The notes beneath the pieces were generated by a model that did not search any database, was not told the DNA's origin, and saw only the letters and a program-made list of their open reading frames with translations. A DNA stretch of 44,225 nt from a virus. Taxonomy: Duplodnaviria; Heunggongvirae; Uroviricota; Caudoviricetes. How positions within the stretch are numbered: the stretch's first letter is position 1; each line of letters begins with the position of its first letter. Shown in pieces: positions 26,085 through 34,271 of this stretch. Position numbers and translations under genes: made by a program. Where the stretch lies: the IMG/VR virus record IMGVR_UViG_2744054854_000007. The stretch is one strand, 5' to 3'.

Positions 26085-26984
26085 TTAGCGAATATTCCAC
26101 ATCATCGTGCTGCCATTATGATTTTCAATAATTTTCGCAGCAGGACTCGTACCAAATGAATGCATGTAGCAATGATGTATAGTCAGCACAAGATCCTGCA
26201 GAGTTTGGTCGCTCTCCAGCTCCATAATGTTCAAACCAATGCTTTGCGCTTTATCCAGATGAATATGTCTAGCATGCGCATAGGTTGTATGATGATTGTT
26301 TAGCTCATCACAAATTCGCTTAGCCTTATCTTGAGCGTTAGCATGACCTGCAAACATACCAGTACACAGCCATTTTTGTACTATTTCATTAGCCCAAACA
26401 ATAGCCTTTTCACATTCACCAATGAGAGTCGGGTTTAGCTTTTGAAGAGTAAATTGCCACCATTGGATCGCTGCAGCATTTTCAGAAATCTCTTTCTTAG
26501 CTCGCTCATACTCTTCTATGATCGCATGAGATGATAAACCACCAAGCTGCGGATCAATTGGCCCCAAATTTGACTGTTTGCCCAATACAATCTGTTCGGC
26601 ACAGCAAGCCAACATGGTCCCACAACTCATTGAGATCATAGGAACAATTGCCCGGATATTGGTCCCAAATTTTGAACGAAGATAATGACCAATAGATTCC
26701 AATGCTGCAATATCTCCCCCTGGGGTATGAAGCAAGATATCCAGCCCTAATGACGTGTCTAAGCCGTTAATGGCTGACATAAGACCATTTTTATCGTCAT
26801 CTGACATTTGTATTAAATGCTGCAACCCAGGCCCCCCCTTCTGGAGGAAGCCTGAGTAATATGAAATTACGTTTCGGCCTGTATGCTTCGACAACTCTCG
26901 TAAGTACTTGTGGCGAACCTCATCCGCTGGTGTACGTTGAGCAATAGTACCCATCTCGCCCAACACGTCTATCCAATTTGGCAT
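26085..26984 (-). CDS. ClpP/S49-fold serine peptidase-like cargo protein (second, non-morphogenetic)
   Basis: 299 aa; ...LDILLHTPGGDIAA... motif of S49/SDH-type peptidases (memory); visibly AT-richer than backbone; 12 nt downstream of a co-directional small ORF. Confidence 0.55.
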   Translation of the reverse strand: MPNWIDVLGEMGTIAQRTPADEVRHKYLRELSKHTGRNVISYYSGFLQKGGPGLQHLIQMSDDDKNGLMSAINGLDTSLGLDILLHTPGGDIAALESIGHYLRSKFGTNIRAIVPMISMSCGTMLACCAEQIVLGKQSNLGPIDPQLGGLSSHAIIEEYERAKKEISENAAAIQWWQFTLQKLNPTLIGECEKAIVWANEIVQKWLCTGMFAGHANAQDKAKRICDELNNHHTTYAHARHIHLDKAQSIGLNIMELESDQTLQDLVLTIHHCYMHSFGTSPAAKIIENHNGSTMMWNIR

Positions 26985-26996
26985 GTTCTTCTTTTA

Positions 26997-27197
26997 TCAA
27001 TATGAGTACAGTTGATGAGATTGTTGCTCTACAGCTTCAACTGAACTTACAGTGCTGTAGGAGTATAGAACACCACTACGTATAGCCTGGTCGTCTTGCT
27101 GAGCAAGAACGCGCATAGCATAGTGTTGTACAGATTCACCTTTATGGAGTTCCTCTGATTTAATACCTACTTTTTCGTAAAATTCTGCAGCGCCCAT
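26997..27197 (-). CDS. Small protein (66 aa) co-transcribed with cargo peptidase
   Basis: ATG 27197 with GAGGGA SD; no recognisable motif. Confidence 0.45.
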   Translation of the reverse strand: MGAAEFYEKVGIKSEELHKGESVQHYAMRVLAQQDDQAIRSGVLYSYSTVSSVEAVEQQSHQLYSY

Positions 27198-27463
27198 GAT
27201 TTTGTCCCTCGTTATAGCTACATCTAGCTCAAAAACAAAACAACAAACACAAGATGTAGTGATTTACGGTCTTTAAATACACGAAAAGCCTCAAAACGAG
27301 GCTTTAAAAGAGTCTTTTTGATAAAGAACTAAACAGACTATAGCGAGTCAATTACAGATTTGACAAGTAAAAAAGGGATTAAAAGCTCATAAAAACGGCT
27401 TTTTTGGATTATTCATCATCTTTTTTGATGCACGTAACAATCCAAATATAAAAACAAAGTTTC

Positions 27464-27490
27464 GACAAAAAACCCGCTCGATGGCGGGTT
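27464..27490 (-). terminator. Rho-independent terminator (minus strand), tR'-like, just downstream of Q-like gene
   Basis: AACCCGC/GCGGGTT 7-bp stem followed on the minus strand by T6. Confidence 0.6.
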
Positions 27491-27555
27491 CTTAATTCTT
27501 TGTCGACCTACGAAGCTATGGCGACGATATCAGATTTACATGAAATATATGCGTT

Positions 27556-28245
27556 TCAATCCAGTTTTGCAAGACTTGAGTCTAAATTTGTCGCCTTTTG
27601 TTGTGAACGTGATCGCGTAACCTGCAATAAAGCCCCGCTATCCAGTCGCAGGAAGATGCTGCGCATCTCAACCCAGCGGTCAGTAAAGGTCTCTGACCAG
27701 TTTTTTGGCGTTACGCCAACCAGCGACGCCAGCGCCTGATATTCGTACATCTCACGCCCTGCCAGCTCTGCTTTCACGTCCTGAGCCGCGAGCCAGACAA
27801 GCTTCTTCAGGCGCTCCATCGTTTTGCCGGCCACCTTCTTCGCGCCGAGCTGCTCCCGGAACTCTGCCCACGCCCATTGAGTGATTTCCACCTGATAGCA
27901 CCAGCGCACGTTCTCGCTATAGTTCCATAGCAGCCACGCTTTCTGGTGTTCTTCGAGTGACATCAGTGCGCGGCGCCACGATGCGCTGGAGTATTCAACC
28001 GGCTGCACCAGGGGAATATGCGAACCCTTGGCATGCGACTGCTTGCCCGGTATTGGCGGGTTATCCAGCGTAATCATTTCCCCGGTCACTTCATCCAGCA
28101 CTCGAGGCTTTTTACGTTTAAACGTTCCCGTATCGAACTGCGCGTTTTCAAGCCACGCCATCAACTGCCCTTTCGTCGCACCACTTAAATCGGCGGTGGC
28201 CACCATCAACTGCTGGCGCACGTATTCGAGAAATTGAGTATTCAT
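27556..28245 (-). CDS. Putative late-gene antiterminator (Q-like)
   Basis: 229 aa; position between nin/RusA region and lysis genes with a terminator about 65 nt downstream; family from memory only. Confidence 0.45.
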   Translation of the reverse strand: MNTQFLEYVRQQLMVATADLSGATKGQLMAWLENAQFDTGTFKRKKPRVLDEVTGEMITLDNPPIPGKQSHAKGSHIPLVQPVEYSSASWRRALMSLEEHQKAWLLWNYSENVRWCYQVEITQWAWAEFREQLGAKKVAGKTMERLKKLVWLAAQDVKAELAGREMYEYQALASLVGVTPKNWSETFTDRWVEMRSIFLRLDSGALLQVTRSRSQQKATNLDSSLAKLD

Positions 28246-28375
28246 ACTGCACCGCCTATGGTTTTGATGTAGTTCTTCAGTATCCGGTAGTCCGTTAGCA
28301 CAGAGCCGGGAAAGTGGTATAAGCGAAGCCGCTGCCAGCGAACGCGGAGGTGATCGGAAAAACAGGATTCAAATG

Positions 28376-28738
28376 TCATACGGCCTCCAGCCCGGTGATT
28401 GTCAGTTCCAGCTTTCCACCTTTGGTAACGGGCATCTTCACAACGCGATAATCAACGACCTGAGCATCGTCCAGCCAGAAACCTGCTTTGGTGAGTGCGT
28501 CAAAAGCGGCCTTTTGCAGATTATCCAGGTCACGGCGACGGCGATCCGGCATGTGGCACTCAATGCGGATTTTCACAGGCATAGCCAGACCGATATCCAG
28601 CATTGCGTTTTTAATGATTCGGGCGACGTTATCGCGGTATGCCTGCCCTTCTGCGCTGATGTGCGTGCGCCCGCGATTATGGCGGTAGTAGCGGTTATTG
28701 CTCGGCGGCCAGGGCAATGTGATGTTGTAAGTATTCAC
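28376..28738 (-). CDS. rusA: Holliday-junction resolvase RusA
   Basis: GTG start at 28738 with GAGGGGG SD; product (V)[25 protein letters not shown]...[14 protein letters not shown] nearly identical to remembered E. coli RusA. Confidence 0.85.
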   Translation of the reverse strand: MNTYNITLPWPPSNNRYYRHNRGRTHISAEGQAYRDNVARIIKNAMLDIGLAMPVKIRIECHMPDRRRRDLDNLQKAAFDALTKAGFWLDDAQVVDYRVVKMPVTKGGKLELTITGLEAV

Positions 28739-29025
28739 GCCTTGATTACCCCCTCTTTCAGCCAGATAACCTGCGTTCTCGCCATACCTTCCAGCGCGCA
28801 TTCTTTAGCATACTCAGCATCGACAAAATGTGTACGGCGGTCGATCTCGTCGTGACAGGCAGAGCATGCAATGGTGGCAATCAGATCAGGCGGTTTGATT
28901 CCGGTGCCACATAACCCGGCCAGGCGAATGTGCGCCAGTACAGACGTTTCCGGGTTACCGTTGCAGACGCCGGGAATTCGAACCTGACAATCACGACCAC
29001 GAGCCTCTTTGCGTAAATTTGCCAT
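28735..29025 (-). CDS. ybcO: YbcO-like nin-region protein (DUF1364)
   Basis: Internal ATG 29025; [35 protein letters not shown]... closely resembles remembered DLP12 YbcO. Confidence 0.7.
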   Translation of the reverse strand: MANLRKEARGRDCQVRIPGVCNGNPETSVLAHIRLAGLCGTGIKPPDLIATIACSACHDEIDRRTHFVDAEYAKECALEGMARTQVIWLKEGVIKA

Positions 29026-29027
29026 GC

Positions 29028-29234
29028 TCACCCCCACGCCTTGCTTTGCCATACCCGGCTCGGGCGAGGCGCGTTATCGCCTTCCGGCAATTGCGCGCTG
29101 ACGGTCCAGGTGATGTTGTCGCGATTCAGGCTGCGCTCTGTCTTTACACCGCGCGCCCGGTATTTCTCCACCAGCTCGTCGGCCTGATCGGTTGTGCATT
29201 CGTGATGGTGGAACCAGGAATATTTCATCGCCAT
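29028..29234 (-). CDS. Hypothetical small nin-region protein
   Basis: Internal ATG 29234 overlapping upstream stop; 68 aa. Confidence 0.4.
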   Translation of the reverse strand: MAMKYSWFHHHECTTDQADELVEKYRARGVKTERSLNRDNITWTVSAQLPEGDNAPRPSRVWQSKAWG

Positions 29235-29836
29235 CACCCCGCAAAGCTCATGAGCTGCGATGCGGCGTTTTCCGCTTCTCGCTGAGTCTTGAATGCCCGG
29301 GACAATACCCAGCGCCACAGAACATCGAGCGCGGCTTTGTACAGTTGCTGGAACTCGGTTTCGTCCATGTTAGCGAAGGCAATACTGCGGGGATGTTTGC
29401 GAAGTGTTCCGTCAGGAAGCTGAATAGCGTCATAGTGACCAGACTCGACAATTACCCAGGCACGGTACGCGTCAAAGGATTTACACAGGCTGATCCCATT
29501 GGTAATTCGGCGACTGGCTACCTGCTCCAGATACCGCTCGGCAGCATCCAGAAGTGCACCTTCGTTTCCACCAAATGCCGCGAGGAATTTAGCGTACCCG
29601 GTCACCAATTTTCGTTCGTTGGAAGAGATCGCCCCTCCAGTGGGTTCCCAATATTCAAACCCGAGATTCAGGAGCGCAAAGAAACGGCGATGGAATGCGG
29701 GATTCCTCACCTGCCGGAACTCGGCCACCAGCACGGCGCCGAGTTTGATTTTTGATTGCAGAATATCGCTGGTCTCCGGCGTCGCGGGGATCAGGATTCC
29801 TGAGGACTGCTTGATGAGTTGTAGTTCGTGCGCCAT
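29234..29836 (-). CDS. Nin-region protein of unknown function (DUF1367-like)
   Basis: Internal ATG 29836 (MAHELQLIKQ); 200 aa; family from memory. Confidence 0.5.
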   Translation of the reverse strand: MAHELQLIKQSSGILIPATPETSDILQSKIKLGAVLVAEFRQVRNPAFHRRFFALLNLGFEYWEPTGGAISSNERKLVTGYAKFLAAFGGNEGALLDAAERYLEQVASRRITNGISLCKSFDAYRAWVIVESGHYDAIQLPDGTLRKHPRSIAFANMDETEFQQLYKAALDVLWRWVLSRAFKTQREAENAASQLMSFAG

Positions 29837-29936
29837 GGTTCCCCCGTGGCGCATCAAGTTGTCAGTTGTTCAGGCTGACACTGACATTATGTACAGCTGA
29901 TAATGGAAAATCAAATGTTGCTTTTAGCTGAACTGA

Positions 29937-30188
29937 TTAATATTTGTAGCGGTTTTCAGGAAGAAATGCGTATTCGTAAGTGAAGTTGAACGCCTCACTT
30001 TCAGTGTTAAATCGGCGCTCGGTGATATCACTCCAGTGTCCCCTGAAATACTTCTGAGCCCCCCACTTTCCCTCGAATGGGAATACAGCATACGCACCGA
30101 CATACCGGTTATCAGCATGCGGATCTGGATATGACTCGCGTTCTGCCAGAACGTAAAACTTGATGCCGCTTACAATGAGGCAGCCCAT
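29937..30188 (-). CDS. Hypothetical protein
   Basis: ATG 30188 overlapping upstream stop (TGATG). Confidence 0.4.
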   Translation of the reverse strand: MGCLIVSGIKFYVLAERESYPDPHADNRYVGAYAVFPFEGKWGAQKYFRGHWSDITERRFNTESEAFNFTYEYAFLPENRYKY

Positions 30189-30445
30189 CACTTCTTCTCG
30201 TTCTGCGCGGCCATATCCAGGTATCGCGGGTCGGATGATTTCGGTAGAGTCAGGCTTTGCTCTCGGTAGTAACGAACTCGCTCCATGAAGTATTCACGCA
30301 GATGATCTGGCTGCTCACGAGCTACCTGCTCAGCGATAACCGGCATGTTCAGGCGCTCTTTGTACGCTACGCCACTGGCAGCCAGGTCCACGTTAGCCTT
30401 GTCCTGCTCTTCTTTCGATTTTTCTGCGATATTAAAATGTGACAT
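30188..30445 (-). CDS. Hypothetical protein
   Basis: 85 aa; translationally coupled to neighbours. Confidence 0.4.
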   Translation of the reverse strand: MSHFNIAEKSKEEQDKANVDLAASGVAYKERLNMPVIAEQVAREQPDHLREYFMERVRYYREQSLTLPKSSDPRYLDMAAQNEKK

Positions 30446-30627
30446 TAATCTGCTGTTCTCCCTCTTTTTTTCCTCGTTTCGTAAGGAGACCTGTAACCAT
30501 CTACAGGGGCCACATCATCAGCCTCAAAGCGCTTAGCGTTTGCTATATCGGATTGAAGCCAGTGTTTTTTATATCGCTTCCTCGCCGCTTTGTATTTTTC
30601 GGCAGGTGTCATTTCTTCGTTTGACAT
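30445..30627 (-). CDS. Hypothetical small basic protein
   Basis: Internal ATG 30627 abutting terminator hairpin; start uncertain. Confidence 0.3.
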   Translation of the reverse strand: MSNEEMTPAEKYKAARKRYKKHWLQSDIANAKRFEADDVAPVDGYRSPYETRKKRGRTAD

Positions 30628-30655
30628 AAAAAATCCCCTTGAGTTATGGAGGGGA
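30628..30655 (-). terminator. Rho-independent terminator (minus strand)
   Basis: ATCCCCT/AGGGGAT stem, 9-nt loop, then T6 on the minus strand; about 120 nt 3' of secreted-protein gene. Confidence 0.5.
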
Positions 30656-30782
30656 TTATAGGTCAGGCCGCGATTTGTTTCGACTGGCATAGTTCCGGCA
30701 GGTTAGCCCTCACCAGTGCTACAGCGAACGGGGGCACAGCCAAAAATAAAAACCGCCTAACCTGGTTGAAATTCGTTCTATT

Positions 30783-31124
30783 TTATTTGCAGGTAAATTG
30801 CACTACATCACCCTGAGACATTTGAAAGAATCGGTAATCACCATCTCCACGTCTTTGTATAATATTGCCCTCTTTAGTCGCACCAGATGGGTATGTCTTT
30901 CCTTCCGGTTTTTCTGGCCTAATCTTGCTTGTGGTGTAAGAAATGGTCCCAAAGTTAACTGTTATTGAATTTCCGATGTCAGTTATATTTGCCTTTACTT
31001 CGCCGGATTTTACTTCATTTGAGGTCATACTCCTTGCTATTCCAGAGCATACATATTCCTTTGCTTCAACGGCATGGGGCATAAGAAAGCCAATTCCTAA
31101 CAACGTGATCGCCAAATATTTCAC
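30783..31124 (-). CDS. Small secreted protein (113 aa), candidate moron
   Basis: GTG 31124 seven nt after AAGGAG; VKYLAITLLGIGFLMPHAVEA/KE signal-like N-terminus; two Cys in mature part; AT-rich by eye. Confidence 0.5.
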   Translation of the reverse strand: MKYLAITLLGIGFLMPHAVEAKEYVCSGIARSMTSNEVKSGEVKANITDIGNSITVNFGTISYTTSKIRPEKPEGKTYPSGATKEGNIIQRRGDGDYRFFQMSQGDVVQFTCK

Positions 31125-31286
31125 TTTATCTTCTCCTTGATGAGTCCCCCTCGATACTTTGGGAGGGATTATACAAAAGAAAAGTGTGGTCATGGCTATT
31201 TTTGGTAATGTTATTCGATGATAATTCACTTTATTTTTTAAATCATAATGCTATATTTCTTTCACCCCTTGCTTGCAAGGTACAAC

Positions 31287-31378
31287 GGAGGGTTGGCCGA
31301 GTGGTTGATGGCACCTCACTGATAATGAGGCGTACGGGCTATAAACCCGTACCGCGGGTTCGAACCCCGCACCCTATT
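31287..31378 (+). tRNA. tRNA-like gene, class-II architecture, Ile-type anticodon loop CUGAUAA (GAU); possibly degenerate
   Basis: Hand-folded: D-arm GCC-GAGTGGTTGAT-GGC; anticodon arm CCTCA-CTGATAA-TGAGG; 23-nt variable hairpin; T-arm GCGGG-TTCGAAC-CCCGC; acceptor has one G:A mismatch and no encoded CCA; followed by a terminator. Confidence 0.4.
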
Positions 31379-31381
31379 TAA

Positions 31382-31414
31382 GGGGTCGACAAATGTCGGC
31401 CCCTTCTTCGTTTT
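31382..31414 (+). terminator. Rho-independent terminator (plus strand) after tRNA-like gene
   Basis: 9-bp stem GGGGTCGAC/GTCGGCCCC (one G-U), loop AAAT, then TTCTTCGTTTT. Confidence 0.6.
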
Positions 31415-31600
31415 ATACATCAAATTTGGCTCTACCCGCACCGCATTCCTACCTGCTAAAACTTCATCAATCACCTGCCATTGCGTAGCCGAGATTACCG
31501 CCGTCGCTTTGTGCTGCTGCTTTTATGAGTATTTCCTGTATCTCGTGCAGACGATCGAGTGATACAGGACCGTTCACCGGGTGGTTGTTAATTGTCATGG

Positions 31601-32078
31601 TTAGTCCTTCACAAAGATAATCCAATGGGTTTTGTCGTTCTTCCCAGTACGCTGACCAATTGCAGGTTTCACGTCAGTAAGAGCTAAAATCTGGCTAACC
31701 GGGATCTGCGTTTCGTTCCATTTGAAAATAAGCACGCCGCGCGGCCACAGCACCCGAAACGCTTCTTTGAAACCGGCGCGTAAGTCAGAGCGCCACGTTT
31801 TTTTTGTTCAGTCGCCCGTATTTTTTACCCATCCAGGCAGACTGGCCCACGCGCTCGAGGTGCGGCGGGTCAAACACCACAACCGGAAAAGAAGAATCAG
31901 CGAACGGCAGTGAACGAAAGTCTGAAATCAGGTCTGGACTGATAACCAGGCGGCGACCGTCGCACAGTTCGTGCTCTTCGGCGCGAATATCAGTGAACAC
32001 GGCGCGGGTGTCCTGCTTGTTGAACCAGAACATGCGGGAGCCGCAGCACATATCAAGAATCGTCGTGTTGTCGGTCAT
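31601..32078 (-). pseudogene. Dam-like DNA methyltransferase interrupted by a frameshift at an A8 homopolymer
   Basis: N-terminal frame MTDNTTILDMCCGSRMFWFNKQ...VVVFDPPHLE stops 4 codons after the A8 run (31798-31805); the shifted frame continues ...TWRSDLRAGFKEAFRVLWPRGVLIFKWNE... to TAA at about 31601; removing one A restores a ~159-aa ORF. Confidence 0.5.
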
Positions 32079-32386
32079 ACTGATGCTCTCCCGTAAAACG
32101 CCAGTACACGCTGCATAGCCGGACTTGTGCGGCATACGGATGTGACCATGTTTTTTCTCACTTTCGATTTGAGTTGCTTGATATTCTGCTCGCCACCGGG
32201 CTGAAGCGAATAGACCGGGCGATGCGGCTCGCCAGTGCGGATTACTACCGTTTTGCGTACTAGGTGAAGCAGCAGGTTGTGTGCCTTCTTGCAGTCGCAT
32301 CCCAGCAGGCTCTGAACCTGACGAGGGGTTATGGTCTGGTTAACCCGAAGGAAATCGACGATTGCCCACAGTGATTTGCTTGCCAT
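32075..32386 (-). CDS. Hypothetical protein (103 aa)
   Basis: ATG 32386; stop overlaps methyltransferase ATG (ATGA). Confidence 0.45.
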   Translation of the reverse strand: MASKSLWAIVDFLRVNQTITPRQVQSLLGCDCKKAHNLLLHLVRKTVVIRTGEPHRPVYSLQPGGEQNIKQLKSKVRKNMVTSVCRTSPAMQRVLAFYGRASV

Positions 32387-32404
32387 AGTGATTTGCCCTC
32401 GAAG

Positions 32405-33154
32405 TTATTTAACGATCCGGAGATGGCTAACGTTCTTGCGATAGCTGCCCCAGTCAAAGTTCACCCACATTCCGCCATCCATCTGGAGACGGTCGATAAC
32501 CCGCGCACCCAACGCCACGAGAAGCTCGTCGTGGTTCAGGTTTGTCAGGATCCCCACCGGACGCATCGACGACAGGCGACGGTCGATAACCTGATTCAGA
32601 ATGACTTTCTCGCCGTTACTTCCACGCTGAATACCGACTTCATCCAGCACCAGCAGATCGACTTTGCAGAGGTCATCCAGCAATGCGGCCTCTGACTGAC
32701 CACCGTCGTAGCACTCGCGAACGCGTAGCATCAGGTCAGGGATAGTGACGACCAGCACGCTATGCCCGCCAGAAAGCAAATGATTTCCGATTGCTGCAGC
32801 GAGATGGTTTTTCCCGGTACCAGGGCCACCGCTAAACACGAAGCTCGCGAACCCAGCACCGAAATTCTGTGCGTAGCTCTTTGCCATCGTGAAGGCTTTG
32901 CGCTGCCCTTCCCCGGATACATGGTAATTCTCGAAAGTGCAGCTGCGGTGCAGGCTTTGAATTCCTGAGCGACCGAAAATTTTCTCTGTCCGGGCTTTCT
33001 GATTCAGCCTGTCCAGTTCTTCACACCGCTTCAGGCCTTCTTCCCTCTGCCATGCCAGCAGCTCTTCCGCGCTGGTGAACTTCGGCTGAACTCCTGGCGG
33101 AATGAGTTTCTTCAGGCGCTCAAGAGCGCTGCCAGAATTAACAATGTTTTTCAC
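32405..33154 (-). CDS. DnaC-like replicative helicase loader (AAA+ ATPase)
   Basis: 249 aa; Walker A GGPGTGKNHLAAA and Walker B LLVLDEVG; GTG start with AGGGGG SD two nt after the O-like stop. Confidence 0.85.
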   Translation of the reverse strand: MKNIVNSGSALERLKKLIPPGVQPKFTSAEELLAWQREEGLKRCEELDRLNQKARTEKIFGRSGIQSLHRSCTFENYHVSGEGQRKAFTMAKSYAQNFGAGFASFVFSGGPGTGKNHLAAAIGNHLLSGGHSVLVVTIPDLMLRVRECYDGGQSEAALLDDLCKVDLLVLDEVGIQRGSNGEKVILNQVIDRRLSSMRPVGILTNLNHDELLVALGARVIDRLQMDGGMWVNFDWGSYRKNVSHLRIVK

Positions 33155-33156
33155 CG

Positions 33157-34104
33157 TTACCCCCTGAACCCGGTCGGGATGGTTTTATCTGGCTCAGAAA
33201 TTCGGTTGGGATCTCGCTGTCCAACATGGACGGTCCTTTGGCCGTGACCACGCGATTGCAACAGACTGTTGGCAAAGGTCTGCTCCCAAGCCAACTGGTG
33301 TTTAACCTTGCCGTCAGGTATCCAGTAATCACGGAATTGCTGGAGCTCTTCAGCGGTGTAACCTGGCTCAGTGCCGACGTTCTTACCCCAGAGCGCAGCC
33401 TGACGCACGAAGTCTGGAGACGGGGTCCATGAGTCAGTGATCGGAAATTTACCCAATGGGCCAAAATCCAGACCGGGCCCAAAATCCTCGTTCTGAGGTT
33501 TGGGAGGGATAGCTGGCAGAGGTGGGTGATTTCCAGAAATATCATCCCCAGAATGACTTCCGCCCGCGCGTTCTCTCTCTGGGTTTAGATCTTCTCTTCT
33601 CTTCTCTTCTCTGTGGTTACGCGTTACGTTATTAGTAACGTTACTCGTTACGTTACTTTCCTGGAGTTTTTTCCGTTCACGAAACTCCTTCTGGCGCTGC
33701 GCATTTGTCTTGGCCGTAGCTGAGCGCATATCACCTGACGTATTGTATTCATTGAAGTTTGGAAGAATGACGCAGTTATTCTCCGCATCATAAATGGCCC
33801 AGCCTACGGTTGATAATGCAGCCCCAAAACCGGGTACTCCGACAATATCATCGATATCAGACAGGTCTGCATTTTCAAATACACCGTTACGCGAGTGTTC
33901 ATTTGCCGCAGACCAAAACGTTACTAGTAACGACACCGTAACGTTACGGGTTACGTTACGCGTTACAACGTCTGATAACGTGGTGTTATGCGAAAGTGTG
34001 AACATTTTTCCCACCTCCGGTGAACGCTCCAGTATTCGCGCAATTCCGTTCACCTTCGGGCTGGTGACCAGTGATGTACGCATCTTTATCCAGTCTCCGG
34101 CCAT
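33157..34104 (-). CDS. Replication initiator/replisome organiser (lambda O-like) with embedded iteron-like repeats
   Basis: ATG 34104 with AGGAGG SD; repeated NVT codons encoded by GTTAC repeats; position upstream of DnaC-like gene. Confidence 0.65.
   Translation of the reverse strand: MAGDWIKMRTSLVTSPKVNGIARILERSPEVGKMFTLSHNTTLSDVVTRNVTRNVTVSLLVTFWSAANEHSRNGVFENADLSDIDDIVGVPGFGAALSTVGWAIYDAENNCVILPNFNEYNTSGDMRSATAKTNAQRQKEFRERKKLQESNVTSNVTNNVTRNHREEKRREDLNPERERAGGSHSGDDISGNHPPLPAIPPKPQNEDFGPGLDFGPLGKFPITDSWTPSPDFVRQAALWGKNVGTEPGYTAEELQQFRDYWIPDGKVKHQLAWEQTFANSLLQSRGHGQRTVHVGQRDPNRISEPDKTIPTGFRG
33613..33660. repeat. Iteron-like GTTAC(G) repeat cluster A (candidate ori) inside O-like gene
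   Basis: About five direct GTTAC units plus inverted TAGTAAC within 48 bp; preceded by (CTTCT)x4 microsatellite at about 33591-33612. Confidence 0.5.
33917..33970. repeat. Iteron-like GTTAC/GTAAC repeat cluster B inside O-like gene
   Basis: GTTACTAGTAAC and CGTAACGTTACG palindromes plus direct GTTACG units. Confidence 0.5.
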
Positions 34105-34271
34105 TAAGTCCTCCTGAAGAATAATTAAGGGAAGATTTATCCAGTCGCGGTCCGACACGCTGGCAAAACAATTTGTTGTTAGGCATACTTACCCCGCAAT
34201 GATTTCGCAATGAATTGCACCAGAAAGCCGTTGGTGTTCGCGCACCGCGGCTTTCGCCATTTTTGAACCGG

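Noticed and set aside
27200-27460. AT-rich non-coding stretch with hairpin at about 27286-27304 considered as a small RNA gene
   Set aside because: Only a single hairpin without clear promoter or terminator pairing; more simply the promoter/leader region of the cargo operon; left unannotated
31785-32300. Full 171-aa track ORF as the methyltransferase N-terminus
   Set aside because: Its first 74 codons overlap the upstream gene (32075-32386) in another frame; the ATG at 32078 with ATGA coupling is the more plausible start, so the upstream extension was not annotated
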